Assembly (NCBI GenBank): GCA_040285825.1
Contig: JAUPSS010000003.1
Coordinates: 2,046,001-2,110,000, forward strand
Length of the DNA stretch: 64,000 bases
Direction of reading: 5' to 3'
Source of the DNA: Eukaryota sp. TZLM1-RC
Taxonomy: Eukaryota; Protista; Metamonada: BaSk clade
In this document: one piece after another, positions 13,561 to 27,997 of the stretch
Position numbering within the stretch: the stretch's first letter is position 1
Layout of the letters: every line of letters starts with the position of its first letter
Translations under genes and position numbers: made by a program
Notes under the pieces: model-generated
What the model was told of the DNA's origin: nothing
What the model saw: only the letters and a program-made list of their open reading frames with translations
Database searches by the model: none

Positions 13561-13760
13561 TAGAGGTGAATTTGAATTAAAATCTGCTCAACAAATTCTC
13601 AAATGTTCTGTTCCAGCTGTTGCCGTTGTGAAAGGTGCTGAAAATAATGTTTCTGACGATCAACAGTTAAATGCTTCTAGTGTTTTCCTCTTCTTCCCCT
13701 TCTGAAAACAGTAATTTTTGTTGTCCATTTTGCAAAAAAGATGTTGCAGATTCACGAAAG
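13561..13760 (+). mobile_element. Orphan ~200-bp fragment of family A 5' coding region
   Basis: gaatttgaattaaaatctgc...gattcacgaaa; the same piece with the same left junction is at 52671-52870 and, inverted, at ~63170-63372. Confidence 0.8.
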
Positions 13761-16700
13761 ATTTTGAATTTTTCCAAAGGTTCCCTTTTGATGTTCATCT
13801 GATCAATGGTGAATCAAATTTTTATTTGAATCAACTTCAAATCGAATTAGATAATTTGCCTAGTGATATCTGGATTCAGTGTTTTCCTCAAAATGTTCAA
13901 GAAATTCCCACCCGATCACTTCCAAATTTACGTTTTTGCTTGGAAAAGCTTCAGCACCATCTGGTTAAATTATATGAAGGCTTGGATTATGAAGTAAGAC
14001 TTGGCTTGGCCAAAACTAAAAATCCCGCTTTCGGTAATTTTTTAAAGGATATTCGTGATAGTTCAGCTGCTGCTTTAGTAACTCAAGTTCCCTCTGTTTA
14101 TGGACTTTTGTTAAAAAACAATGAATGGCTTCTAAACATGCATTTTCGTTGTTTTCTGTGGCCAAACAATTTGCCCAATCATTTAACTTGTAAATGTGGT
14201 AATGTTTTTTTTTCTCCCTCCCTTAGTCAACCCTTTCATTTTTCACTTTCTGTCAAGGCGTCAAAGTCGTACTGTTTTTCTGTCAAAACGATGCCTTTGG
14301 CTGATAGTGACTCTGATACTGATTGGAACGCCCAAGCAAAGATTCTACCAGTCAGATCAAGCTCATCCACTCCACTTCCCCACTCTCCCCACAATACAAG
14401 CTATGCTCGAAATTCATCTCAAAAAAATTTTCATTCAAAAACTGATCATTGTACCAGAAAAAACACAGAAAAACCACCATTACGTTCCTTGCGTTCTGTT
14501 GCGCGTTCTATTAACAACCCCGTTTCTCGAAATTTGTTTTCTCCAGCTGAAACTGCAAAAAGTCAAAAGTCTATTTCTACTTTTAACTCAAAAATTGATA
14601 AAATTGAAAGAACTGAAAATATGAAACCACTGCCATTAAAAAGGTTCTAAAAAGTGTTCGATTTGTGGTATCAGTGGTCATAATTCGAGAACGTGCCCTG
14701 AGAAGCAAAAAAGAGAATTTGAATTAAAATCTGCTCAACAAATTCTCAAATGTTCTGTTCCAGCTGTTGCCGTTGTGAAAGGTGCTGAAAATGATGTTTC
14801 TGACGATCAACAGTTAAATGCTTCTAGTGTTTCCTCTTCTTCCTCTTCTGAAAACAGTAATTTTTGTTGTCCATTTTGCAAAAAGATGTTGCAGATTCAC
14901 GAAATGGTCGAAAACTTCTGTTTTGTACGCATTGTGAAGCCGTTGATACCGTAAGACCCCCGATCCGGATCCCAGTAGAAATAAGTCCCGCCAGCACAAT
15001 CCCCTTCTCAATGGAAATGAGAAATTTTACTTCTGAATTGAAGAATAATAAGTGGAATATTTCATCCTTCTGGAAATATTTTGCTAGAAAAAACAAAAAT
15101 TGTTTTAAGAAAAATTTGGAAATAGAAAAATTGTAAAATCAAAAATTTGCCGAAAATTGTGCTTACGTGGTCGTTATGGTGCCGCAAAGCAGTCTTTGTT
15201 TTCCTCTTCTTTGGCTGATGTAAACTCTGATACCCTTGAAAAACTCCAAAAGTTGCATCCTCAAGAAAATTTCAAGTGCAGCAAGCCTGAAGTGTGTCCT
15301 TTTTGGATTGAAAATCCTATTACTGCAATTGAGGTTCTTAAAGCTATTCAAAAATTACCTAAGGGGAAAGCAGCAGGCCCATCTGGAATTTCTTTTGATC
15401 TCTTAAAAATAGCGTGTTCCAGTGCTCCCGAAATTGCTGATGATCTAGCCCACTATTTTCAACAATTAATTGTTTTGAAAATAAATCCTCCATTTGAATT
15501 GCTCGCAGCACGTCTGATTGCTTTAGTAAAGCCTGGAAACGAAATCAAACCTGATGGAATACGCCCAATTGCTGTTGGTGAATCTCTTTCTCGTTTGCTG
15601 GCATCAATTGTCTTCGATCGTGTCAAAGACAAAGCTTCTACTTTTTTAAATCCTCATCAATTTGGAATCAAAACAATTGATGGTGCTTCTGTTGCTGCTA
15701 TTGCCTCTGATACCTTTTTTTAATGCAGAGGAAAATAATTTTATTTTTAATCTCGACTTTAAAAATGCTTTTAATTCTGTAAAGCGAGAAGCAATTTTTG
15801 AAGTTATTAAATCTGATTTTCCTGAGCTATCGAGTTTTTTTCTACCATTTTTATGGTAAAGAATCAGATTTAATTTTTAATTCATTTGCTCTTAAATCAT
15901 CTTCTGGTGTGAAGCAAGGTGACCCTTTAGGCCCATTATTGTTTTGTTTAGCTATTCACAAAACTTTAAATATCATTAAGCAAAAATACCCTTCTATAAA
16001 AATAGTTGCTTATATGGATGATATATCCTTGATTGGTTCATTTGATTTACTAGAATTGGTTGCTCAAGAAATTGCCGATTCATATGAAAATATTGGGCTT
16101 CATCTTAATGCCAGCAAATGCCTTCTGATTGGCTCTTCTGCTCAAGACCTCGTGATAAACGATTCTATTGTCCCTTTTACTAATTATAGTAGTGATGCTT
16201 TTAAGTTCCTTGGTTGTTGGTTAGGAAATGTGCCTCAAATTCAGAATGAATTGCAAGTTATTTTGGAAAAAATGAAAATTGAACTTGATTCAATTTCTTC
16301 TTTAGATATAGAAAAGCATATTAAATTTTTTATGCTTAAAATTTGCTACACTGGGAGAATAACCCACATTTTGAGATCTTGTGCTCCTTCCATAGCATTA
16401 GATTTTTGTCGTTCTTTTAATTCATTGAGAACAGAATTTTTTGCTGATTTATTGGATGTAGAACCAGGAATGTTGAAAAGCCATTTATTTTCTTCAGCAA
16501 ATTTGGGGGTATTGGATTTACTAAATCTTCAATTTTGTGTCAATCAGCATTCTTGGGTGGTGGCAAAATTTTATTTATGAATTTTCTCGTAGATTTCCTG
16601 ATGATTCCCATCTGTTAGTCCCCAATTGTAGTCCCTATTTGTATAAGTTATCTTGTGAACTTGAAAAATTACCGCCACAAATTTGGACCAAATGCTTTCC

Positions 16701-18429
16701 TCAATCAATTCAAGAAATTCCAAACCGATCTCTATTTAATTTACAGTTTTGCTGTAAAAAGCTTCAACAAAAATTGTCAAAGATTTTTGAAAGCTTGGAT
16801 TTTGATGTTAGACTTGGCTTGGCCAAGAAAAAGAATCCCGCTTTTGCAAATCTTTTTACAAGATATGTGTGACAGTACTTCTTCTGCCTTAGTAACAACA
16901 ATTCCGCAAGTATATGGTACTCTCTTATCCGATTCTGCTTGGACTCTGAATATGAGATTTCGTTCCTTTATCTGGCCTGATAATTTACCTCATAATTTAA
17001 TTTGTAAATGTTCTCGAGAAATTACAACTACTCATTTGTTAAATTGTAAACATTTTATTACTTTTTAGAAGCAAGGTTCATGATGCTGTAAGAGACCAGT
17101 TATATTGTATGTGTAAATCTCATAGAATTGAATCCTTCTTGGAACCTCTGTTGTCAAATCTGTTTGATGCTGAAAATGATTTTCATAAGAATAATAGAGG
17201 TGATGTCATATTACCTGGATTAGATGGAAGCTTTATTTTATTGGATGTAATGTCTGTTGATCCTTGTAATGCCTCAAATGAAAGGCTTGTTAATTCTGAA
17301 ATTCATAATCCCCTTTCAAATGCTGAAAATTTTAAATTCAAAAATACAATGAACCTTTGTCCAAATTGGCCAGTCTACAGCATGCAAAAATACAATTTGT
17401 ATCCATTTGTATTTTCCCTTTTTGGTTCACTTGCACCAACTGCTTTACGTTTTTGGATGATTTTGAAATGATTGTAAAGAGAAGAACTGGCAGAAATTTC
17501 AACAGATTGTTTTGGCAAAATAGAATTGTGTTTTCTATTTTTAAGGGGATGTTGATGATGGTTTCTGATGCTTTGCTTTCTCTTGGATCTCACTATGAGA
17601 GAGTTGCATCTAGTGTTTTTGTTTTGGGAGAGATGGATTTTTTAGATGTTGATTTATAGGTTTAGAATAAAATTAATTTTTTTTTAAAAAAAAATGTGGT
17701 AAACCTCTTTTGTTTACTCATCTTTTGAACTGTAAACATTTCATTACGTTTAGAAGCAAAGTGCATAATAACGTCAGGGACCAAATTTATGTAATGTGCA
17801 AATCATATAGAGTAGATTCCTTTTTAGAACCGCTGTTATCAAAATTAATTCTTGATGATCCCAATATTGATAGTACGCGTTACAACAGAGCTTCTATGGG
17901 TCTGACTAGAGGTGATCTAGTTGTTCCTGGTTTAAATGGTAGTTTTACTATTTTGGACGCCATGTCTATTGACCCTTGTAATTCCTCTAACGAACATTTC
18001 ATTAACTCGGATGTAAATAATCCTCTTCTTGCAGGCGAAAAATATAAAATTGCTAAATATGCGAAACCCATTTCCTCGGTTAATGAAAATTCTCATGCCC
18101 AATATAATTTATGTCCATTTGTTTTTTCTTTGCTTGGATCTCTAGGTAAGGCTGCTTTGGCTTTCCTTGAGGATTTTGTTGTAGTTGTAAAGGAAAGAAC
18201 TGGAAGAATTTTCAATCGCGTTTACTGGCAAAACAGGATTGTATTTTCTATTTTTAAGGGAATGGTAACACTAATTTCTGATTCACTATCTTCTTTTGGG
18301 AAATTTTCTGAATCTTTAGCAATTAATTGTTTTGATGTAGGGGAGGCAGGTTTTGAGGATGTGGAGTTTTAATTGTGTATTTCATATTTGTTGTTGAATA
18401 AAAATAAAAAGAAATTTAAACAAAAAAAA
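13761..18429 (+). mobile_element. Family C 5'-truncated copy split by full-length A
   Basis: C sequence 13761-14202 continues at 17692-18372 (GFEDVEF). Confidence 0.87.
14203..17691 (+). mobile_element. Family A full-length copy (~3.49 kb); ATG at 14291, stop at 17659
   Basis: TSD aaatgtggtaa (14192-14202 / 17692-17702); starts with T-run + ctccctccc; frameshifts in homopolymers. Confidence 0.92.
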
Positions 18430-20012
18430 TCCAGGTAATATAACATCAACTCTATTATTCTTATGAAAATCATCTTCAGCATCAAACTTTTTTTTTTTTT
18501 AAAATTTAATTTTATTCTAAACCTATAAATCAACATCTAAAAAAATCCATCTCTCCCAAAACAAAAACACTAGATGCAACTCTCTCATAGTGAGATCCAA
18601 GAGAAAGCAAAGCATCAGAAACCATCTTCAACATCCCCTTAAAAATAGAAAACACAATTCTATTTTGCCAAAACAATCTGTTGAAATTTCTGCCAGTTCT
18701 TCTCTTTACAATCATTTCAAAATCATCCAAAAACGTAAAGCAGTTGGTGCAAGTGAACCAAAAAGGGAAAATACAAATGGATACAAATTGTATTTTTGCA
18801 TGCTGTAGACTGGCCAATTTGGACAAAGGTTCATTGTATTTTTTTGAATTTAAAATTTTCAGCATTTGAAAGGGGATTATGAATTTCAGAATTAACAAGC
18901 CTTTCATTTGAGGCATTACAAGGATCAACAGACATTACATCCAATAAAATGAAGCTTCCATCTAATCCAGGTAATATGACATCACCTCTATTATTCTTAT
19001 GAAAATCATTTTCAGCATCAAACAGATTTGACAACAAAGGTTCCAAGAAGGATTCAATTCTATGAGATTTACACATACAATATAACTGGTCTCTTACAGC
19101 ATCATGAACCTTGCTTCTAAAAGTAATAAAATGTTTACAATTTAACAAATGAGTAGTTGTAATTTCTCGAGAACATTTACAAATTAAATTATGAGGTAAA
19201 TTATCAGGCCAGATAAAGGAACGAAATCTCATATTCAGAGTCCAAGCAGAATCGGATAAGAGAGTACCATAAACTTGTGGAATTGTTGTTACTAAGGCAG
19301 AAGAAGTACTGTCACACATATCTTGTAAAAGATTTGCAAAAGCGGGATTCTTTTTCTTGGCCAAGCCAAGTCTAACATCAAAATCCAAGCTTTCAAAAAT
19401 CTTTGACAATTTTTGTTGAAGCTTTTTACAGCAAAACTGTAAATTAAATAGAGATCGGTTTGGAATTTCTTGAATTGATTGAGGAAAACATTTGGTCCAA
19501 ATTTGTGGCGGTAATTTTTCAAGTTCACAAGATAACTCATACAAATAGGGACTACAATTGGGGACTAACAGATGAGAATCATCAGGAAATCTACGAGAAA
19601 ATTCATAAATAAAATTTTTGCCACCACCCAAGAATGCAGCATCAAACAGATTTGACAACAGAGGTTCCAAGAAGGATTCAATTCTATGAGATTTACACAT
19701 ACAATATAACTGGTCTCTTACAGCATCATGAACCTTGCTTCTAAAAGTAATAAAATGTTTACAATTTAACAAATGAGTAGTTGTAATTTCTCGAGAACAT
19801 TTACAAATTAAATTATGAGGTAAATTATTAGGCCAGATAAAGGAACGAAATCTCATATTGAGAGTCCAAGCAGAATCGGTTATGAGAGTACCATAAACTT
19901 GGGGAATTGTTGTTACTAAGGCAGAAGAAGCACTGTCACACATATCTTGTAAAAGATTTGTAAAAGCGGGATTCTTTTTCTTGGCCAAGCCAAGTCTAAC
20001 ATCAAAATCCAA
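18430..20012 (-). mobile_element. Family A internal fragment containing nested A copy 18488-19636 (minus)
   Basis: TSD cagcatcaaac (18477-18487 / 19637-19647); produces the chimeric 393-aa ORF 18831-20012. Confidence 0.85.
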
Positions 20013-20217
20013 GACAAAAACAAATCATTGGGCAAATTACAAGGCCATAAATAACAACGCATTCTCATAGCAGTGGTCCATTGGTCGTCATTCAAAAATA
20101 GACCATAAACCTGGGGAATTTGATTTATCAAAACTGCAGATGAACTGTCCTTCAAATCAATCAAAAAATTGGCAAAAGCAGGATTATCTTTCTTAGCCGT
20201 GCTAAGTCGAACAATAA
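20013..20217 (-). mobile_element. Family B internal fragment
   Basis: Encodes IVRLSTAKKDNP...NDLF. Confidence 0.8.
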
Positions 20218-21197
20218 ACAATAAGAATAATAGAGGTGATGTTATATTACCTGGATTAGATGGAAGTTTCATTTTATTGGATGTAATGTCTGTTGATCCT
20301 TGTAATGCCTCAAATGAAAGGCTTGTTAATTCTGAAATTCATAATCCCCTTTCAAATGCTGAAAATTTTAAATTCAAAAAATACAATGAACCTTTGTCCA
20401 AATTGGCCAGTCTACAGCATGCAAAATACAATTTGTATCCATTTGTATTTTCCCTTTTTGGTTCACTTGCACCAACTGCTTTACGTTTTTGGATGATTTT
20501 GAAATGATTGCAAAGAGAAGAAAAGGCAGAAATTTCAACAGATTGTTTTGGCAAAATAGAATTGTGTTTTCTATTTTTAAGGGGATGTTGAAGATGGTTT
20601 CTGATGCTTTGCTGTCTCTTGGTTCTCACTATGAGAGAGTTGCATCTAGTGTTTTTGTTTTGGGAGAGATGGATTTTTTAGATGTTGATTTATAGGTTTA
20701 GAGGTGATGTTATATTACCTGGATTAGATGGAAGTTTCATTTTATTGGATGTAATGTCTGTTGATCCTTGTAATGCCTCAAATGAGAGGTCAGTTAATTC
20801 TGAAATTCATAATCCCCTTTCAAATGCTGAAAATTTTAAATTCAAAAAATACAATGAACCTTTGTCCAAATTGGCCAGTCTACAGCATGCAAAATACAAT
20901 TTGTATCCATTTGTATTTTCCCTTTTTGGTTCACTTGCACCAACTGCTTTACGTTTTTTGGATGATTTTGAAATGATTGTAAAGAGAAGAACTGGCAGAA
21001 ATTTCAACAGATTGTTTTGGCAAAATAGAATTGTGTTTTCTATTTTTAAGGGGATGTTGAAGATGGTTTCTGATGCTTTGCTTTCTCTTGGATCTCACTA
21101 TGAGAGAGTTGCATCTAGTGTTTTTGTTCTGGGAGAGATGGATTTTTTAGATGTTGATTTATAGGTTTTGAATAAAATTTAAATTTTGGTAAAAAAA
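20218..21197 (+). mobile_element. Two head-to-tail family A 3' ends (~480 bp each)
   Basis: Junction tataggttta|gaggtgatg at 20700. Confidence 0.85.
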
Positions 21198-21906
21198 AGA
21201 AGATAGTGAATCAGAAATTAGTTTTACCATTCCCTTAAAAATAGAAAATACAATCCTGTTTTGCCAGTAAACACGATTGAAAATTCTTCCAGTTCTTTCC
21301 TTTACAACTACAACAAAATCCTCAAGGAAAGCCATAGCAGCCTTACCTAGAGATCCAAGCAAAGAAAAAACAAATGGACATAAATTATATTGGGCATGAG
21401 AATTTTCATTAACCGAGGAAATGGGTTTCGCATATTTAGCAATTTTATATTTTTCGCCTGCAAGAATAGGATTATTTACATCCGAGTTAATGAGATGTTC
21501 GTTAGAGGAATTACAAGGGTCAATAGACATGGCGTCCAAAATAGTAAAACTACCATTTAAACCAGGAACAACTAGATCACCTCTAGTCAGACCCATAGAA
21601 GCTCTGTTGTAACGCGTACTATCAATATTGGGATTATCAAGAATTAATTTTGATAACAGCGGTTCTAAAAAGGAATCTACTCTATATGATTTGCACATTA
21701 CATAAATTTGGTCCCTGACGTTATTATGCACTTTGCTTCTAAACGTAATGAAATGTTTGCAGTTCAAAAGATGAGTAAACAAAAGAGGTTTACCACATTT
21801 ACAAGTTAAATGATTGGGCAAATTGTTTGGCCACAGAAAACAACGAAAACGCATGTTTAGAAGCCATTCATTGTTTTTTAACAAAAGTCCATAAACATTG
21901 GGAACT
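21198..21906 (-). mobile_element. Family C internal fragment (uninterrupted equivalent of 6263-11356 and 45094-47468)
   Basis: ORF 21159-21884; both junctions identical to the other two copies. Confidence 0.87.
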
Positions 21907-24694
21907 TTAATTCATTGAGAACAGAATTTTTTGCTGATTTATTGGATGTAGAACCAGGAATGTTGAAAAGTCACTTATTTTCTTCAGCAAATTTGGGTGG
22001 TATTGGATTTACTAAGTCTTCAATTTTGTGTCAATCAGCATTCTTGGGTGGTGGCAAAAATTTTATTTATGAATTTTCTCGTAGATTTCCTGATGATTCT
22101 CATCTGTTAGTTCCCAATTGCAGTCCTTATTTGTATGAGTTATCTTGTGAACTTGAAAAATTGCCGCCACAAATTTGGACCAAATGTTTTCCTCAATCAA
22201 TTCAAGAAATTCCAAACCGATCATTTACAGTTTTGCTGTAAAAAGCTTCAACAAAAATTGTCAAAGATTTTTGAAAGCTTGGATTTTGATGTTAGACTTG
22301 GCTTGGCCAAGAAAAAGAATCCCGCTTTTGCAAATCTTTTACAAGATATGTGTGACAGTACTTCTTCTGCCTTAGTAACAACAATTCCACAAGTTTATGG
22401 CACTCTCTTAACCGATTCTGCTTGGACTCTGAATATGAGATTTCGTTCCTTTATCTGGCCTGATAATTTACCTCATAATTTAATTTGTAAATGTTCTCGA
22501 GAAATTACAACTACTCATTTGTTAAATTGTAAACATTTTATTACTTTTAGAAGCAAGGTTCATGATGCTGTAAGAGACCAGTTATATTGTATGTGTAAAT
22601 CTCATAGAATTGAATCCTTCTTGGAACCTCTGTTGTCAAATCTGTTTGATGCTGAAGATGATTTTTATAAGAATAATTTTTTTTTAAAAAAATTTAATTT
22701 TATTCTAAACCTATAAATCAACATAAAAAAAATGCATCTAAAAAATCCATCTCTCCCAAAACAAAAACACTAGATGCAACTCTCTCATAGTGAGATCCAA
22801 GAGAAAGCAAAGCATCAGAAACCATCTTCAACATCCCCTTAAAAATAGAAAACACAATTCTATTTTGCCAAAACAATCTGTTGAAATTTCTGCCAGTTCT
22901 TCTCTTTACAATCATTTCAAAAATCATCCAAAAAACGTAAAGCAGTTGGTGCAAGTGAACCAAAAAGGGAAAATACAAATGGATACAAATTGTATTTTGC
23001 ATGCTGTAGACTGGCCAATTTGGACAAAGGTTCATTGTATTTTTTTGAATTTAAAATTTTCAGCATTTGAAAGGGGATTATGAATTTCAGAATTAACAAG
23101 CCTTTCATTTGAGGCATTACAAGGATCAACAGACATTACATCCAATAAAATGAAGCTTCCATCTAATCCAGGTAATATGACATCACCTCTATTATTCTTA
23201 TGAAAATCATTTTCAGCATCAAACAGATTTGACAACAAAGGTTCCAAGAAGGATTCAATTCTATGAGATTTACACATACAATATAACTGGTCTCTTACAG
23301 CATCATGAACCTTGCTTCTAAAAGTAATAAAATGTTTACAATTTAACAAATGAGTAGTTGTAATTTCTCAAGAACATTTACAAATTAAATTATGAGGTAA
23401 ATTATCAGTCCAGATAAAGGAACGAAATCTCATATTCAGAGTCCAAGCAGAATCGGATAAGAGAGTACCATAAACTTGTGGAATTGTTGTTACTAAGGCA
23501 GAAGAAGTACTGTCACACATATCTTGTAAAAGATTTGCATCTTGAATTGATTGAGGAAAACATTTGGTCCAAATTTGTGGCGGCAATTTTTCAAGTTCAC
23601 AAGATAACTCATACAAATAGGGACTACAATTGGGGACTAACAGATGAGAATCATCAGGAAATCTACGAGAAAATTCATAAATAAAATTTTTGCCACCACC
23701 CAAGAATGCTGATTGACACAAAATTGAAGATTTAGTAAAATACATTAATTTATTGAATTTGCACACTTGATTAAATTAAATCATAACTAATGGGACGACT
23801 ATCATTAAACCAAGATTTCCTCTACAAAATCTTGATTTGCTTGCTGTCTAGCTAAAGCTTCTCTAATTCGATTGAAAAACCGCGGTAATCTATTAATAAT
23901 GGCAAATTGAATCCGTGAACGCCATAAAAAAATATCAAATCTTTTCATTGTTTTTTCTTTCACCATTTTTTGGAAGTCATCCAAAAAAGTTTCTGCTTCA
24001 ACTGATAATCTTCCATTTATCGAAAATGGAAAAGCAATAAAAACCAGCTGTGTATTTCTATCGATATTTGCATCTTCAATTTCTTTATCATATTTTCTAT
24101 GTTTTTCTTTTGCTTTAAAATCCAGAGCAGCCACAGGATTAAGTTTTTCTTCTGTGAACCAAAGTATTGTTTGCAACATTACATGAGACAAAGTCAACAA
24201 TAGCTTCAGAATTATCAATCCAATCACAGTATACATCACCTCTATCATCAGAACCAAAATTATTCAGAGAAAGTGTTTCTTTCAGCAGGGGCTCTTTGAT
24301 ACACGATATCCTTGCAGTTTGTGCCATATTGAAAACAGTGTCTCTAACAGCATCATGTAATGAAGAACGATAAGTTATCAATTTAGAGCAATTTAGAGCA
24401 TGGCGCAAAGTGAGTTGAGGTGAATTCGAACAAATACATTTTTCTTTTGATAATAATTGGTTAATGGGGATGTTCAAATATAATCTCATTTTTGTTACAA
24501 ATGCTTCATTAGTAGCACACAATCCAAATCTTCGTGGTACAATGGTTACAAAAAGTGAAGAATCTGACACCTTGTTTTCACAAACACCCTTTTCCAATAA
24601 CAATGAGTGAAGATCTTGATTTAAAACAGCCGAGCTGCAAATATTATTATAAAGATCTTTTTCATACATTCCAGTCAATCTTTTCTGTAATGTT

Positions 24695-26243
24695 TTTTTT
24701 TTAAAAAAAAAATTAATTTTATTCTAAACCTATAAATCAACATCTAAAAAAATCCATCTCTCCCAAAACAAAAACACTAGATGCAACTCTCTCATAGTGA
24801 GATCCAAGAGAAAGCAAAGCATCAGAAACCATCATCAACATCCCCTTAAAAATAGAAAACACAATTCTATTTTGCCAAAACAATCTGTTGAAATTTCTGC
24901 CAGTTCTTCTCTTTACAATCATTTCAAAATCATCCAAAAACGTAAAGCAGTTGGTGCAAGTGAACCAAAAAGGGAAAATACAAATGGATACAAATTGTAT
25001 TTTTGCATGCTGTAGACTGGCCAATTTGGACAAAGGTTCATTGTATTTTTGAATTTAAAATTTTCAGCATTTGAAAGGGGATTATGAATTTCAGAATTAA
25101 CAAGCCTTTCATTTGAGGCATTACAAGGATCAACAGACATTACATCCAATAAAAATAAAGCTTCCATCTAATCCAGGTAATATGACATCACCTCTATTAT
25201 TCTTATGAAAATCATTTTCAGCATCAAACAGATTTGACAACAGAGGTTCCAAGAAGGATTCAATTCTATGAGATTTACACATACAATATAACTGGTCTCT
25301 TACAGCATCATGAACCTTGCTTCTAAAAGTAATAAAATGTTTACAATTTAACAAATGAGTAGTTGTAATTTCTCGAGAACATTTACAAATTAAATTATGA
25401 GGTAAATTATCAGGCCAGATAAAGGAACGAAATCTCATATTCAGAGTCCAAGCAGAATCGGATAAGAGAGTACCATATACTTGCGGAATTGTTGTTACTA
25501 AGGCAGAAGAAGTACTGTCACACATATCTTGTAAAAGATTTGCAAAAGCGGGATTCTTTTTCTTGGCCAAGCCAAGTCTAACATCAAAATCCAAGCTTTC
25601 AAAAATCTTTGACAATTTTTGTTGAAGCTTTTTACAGCAAAACTGTAAATTAAATAGAGATCGGTTTGGAATTTCTTGAATTGATTGAGGAAAGCATTTG
25701 GTCCAAATTTGTGGCGGTAATTTTTCAAGTTCACAAGATAACTTATACAAATAGGGACTACAATTGGGGACTAACAGATGGGAATCATCAGGAAATCTAC
25801 GAGAAAATTCATAAATAAAATTTTTGCCACCACCCAAGAATGCTGATTGACACAAAATTGAAGATTTAGTAAATCCAATACCCCCCAAATTTGCTGAAGA
25901 AAATAAATGGCTTTTCAACATTCCTGGTTCTACATCCAATAAATCAGCAAAAAATTCTGTTCTCAATGAATTAAAAGAACGACAAAAATCTAATGCTATG
26001 GAAGGAGCACAAGATCTCAAAATGTGGGTTATTCTCCCAGTGTAGCAAATTTTAAGCATAAAAAATTTAATATGCTTTTCTATATCTAAAGAAGAAATTG
26101 AATCAAGTTCAATTTTCATTTTTTCCAAAATAACTTGCAATTCATTCTGAATTTGAGGCACATTTCCTAACCAACAACCAAGGAACTTAAAAGCATCACT
26201 ACTATAATTAGTAAAAGGGACAATAGAATCGTTTATCACGAGG
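24695..26243 (-). mobile_element. Family A 5'-truncated copy in E
   Basis: TSD tttctgtaatgtt (24682-24694 / 26244-26256). Confidence 0.9.
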
Positions 26244-27997
26244 TTTCTGTAATGTTCGAAGAGTGTACTTCAAATTTAAAACATTTTTTTCTGGAATATT
26301 GCCATTGAATGATTGGGGAAAACATCGACCCCATTTTTCTACATCAATTCTTGAAATTTCTTCATTTAATGCAAAAACAGTGGAACTTTGCGTTGTCATC
26401 AATAAATCTTCCCAATCTGCAAATCTTTCGGAGAACTCAAAGATTGCATTTCTGCATCCACCAACAAAAGCACACGAGGTAAGAATAGAAGCCTTCGTCC
26501 ACCCTAAACCACCATATTGTGGACTAAGGTAAGCATGATCTGGAATTTGAAACATTTTACATCCCAGTAATTGAGACAGATTTTGCACGTAACTCATTAA
26601 ACTTTTGAGCCAAAGGTCTAGTGACGAGAGGATTTGTAGATCGAAATATATGATTAAAATTGGAACTAAAACACAGTCTTATAATGGTAAATTTGATGTG
26701 TTTTTTTATATCTAAATTCATCATTCGGTCAATTTTGTCAGAAATTGAGTTCAACTTTTCAAACAATTTTTTGGTAATTTCATCATTATTTCCTAAAAAC
26801 GAACCCAAATGACGAATAGCATCAATTGAATATAATTTGGCTTGAATTTCAATATCATCAATTATTGTGGAAACTGGAGAATTCGATAACAAAACACATT
26901 TAAGTAAATTAAGTCGGAGACCAATTTTTGGTAAATAATTCTTTAAAACATACAGTTGCTTTTTTTCACAATATTTAATTCACCAATAAGCACAACATCA
27001 TCCATATATGCAATCATTTTTAGTGAAGGAAACATCTCTTGAATTTGCAGTAGAATAGGATGAATGGCCAAACAAAACAAAAAGAGGTCCTAACGGATCT
27101 CCTTGCTTTACGCCACTTGATGAAATCAAAATGTTGTTACCAAAATGTAAATTAGAATATGTGCAATATGTTGATTGAAAATATGGTTTTAATTCTGGCA
27201 TATATTGCAATAGAGCACCATGGATACTGCGACGACTTAGCGAATTGAAAGCATTACTAAAAATCCAATGACATGCAAACATTGGATTCATTTTGACGAA
27301 ATAAGACATCAGTAGCAAAAATCGCTGAAGAGACTCCATCTGTAGTATTTATACCATATTGAAAGGGTAATAAAATCTTTTTAGCTTTTTTCATTGAACC
27401 TACTTAAGCAACACGCAGAAAAAAATATTATGTAAGCTCTCAGAGACTGCAATAGGACGAACATCCATTTTTGAATTTTTGACAAGTGCAGTCAAACGAG
27501 AACTTCTTAATTCTTCTGGGTACTTGCGTTGACCAGATAATATTTGGTTGAAAAATTTGGTCAATAAACCAAGGCAATCTTCTGAAGAAATAATCGCGGC
27601 TTTTACATGATCAATAGTAATACCAGAAAGTCCGGCAGACTTACCACGAGGTCTCTTTTGATAACCGAAAAAAACTTCTGATGGCATCAATGGATAATTT
27701 TCCCAGTATGTGCCGTAAAAATTTTGATCCATAACAGGGTCTTCATAAGGATGAAGTATTTTCAGTTTATCTACTGTATTTCCATTGTTCGGTGCTTTGA
27801 CTCCGGGACTTAAAGCTGACAAAGCCTTGGACCATTTGTTGTCAAAGCATTTGTCTTCAAAAATTTTACTTAATTTCTCGGATGACTGATTTCTCGGTGC
27901 TATATTGGTTAAATCTTCGGAAATATTAACGAAATTTTGTTCAAAAGGAGGACAAAAAGAACCAAAAAATTCCCAAATAATATTGATAGCATACTTT

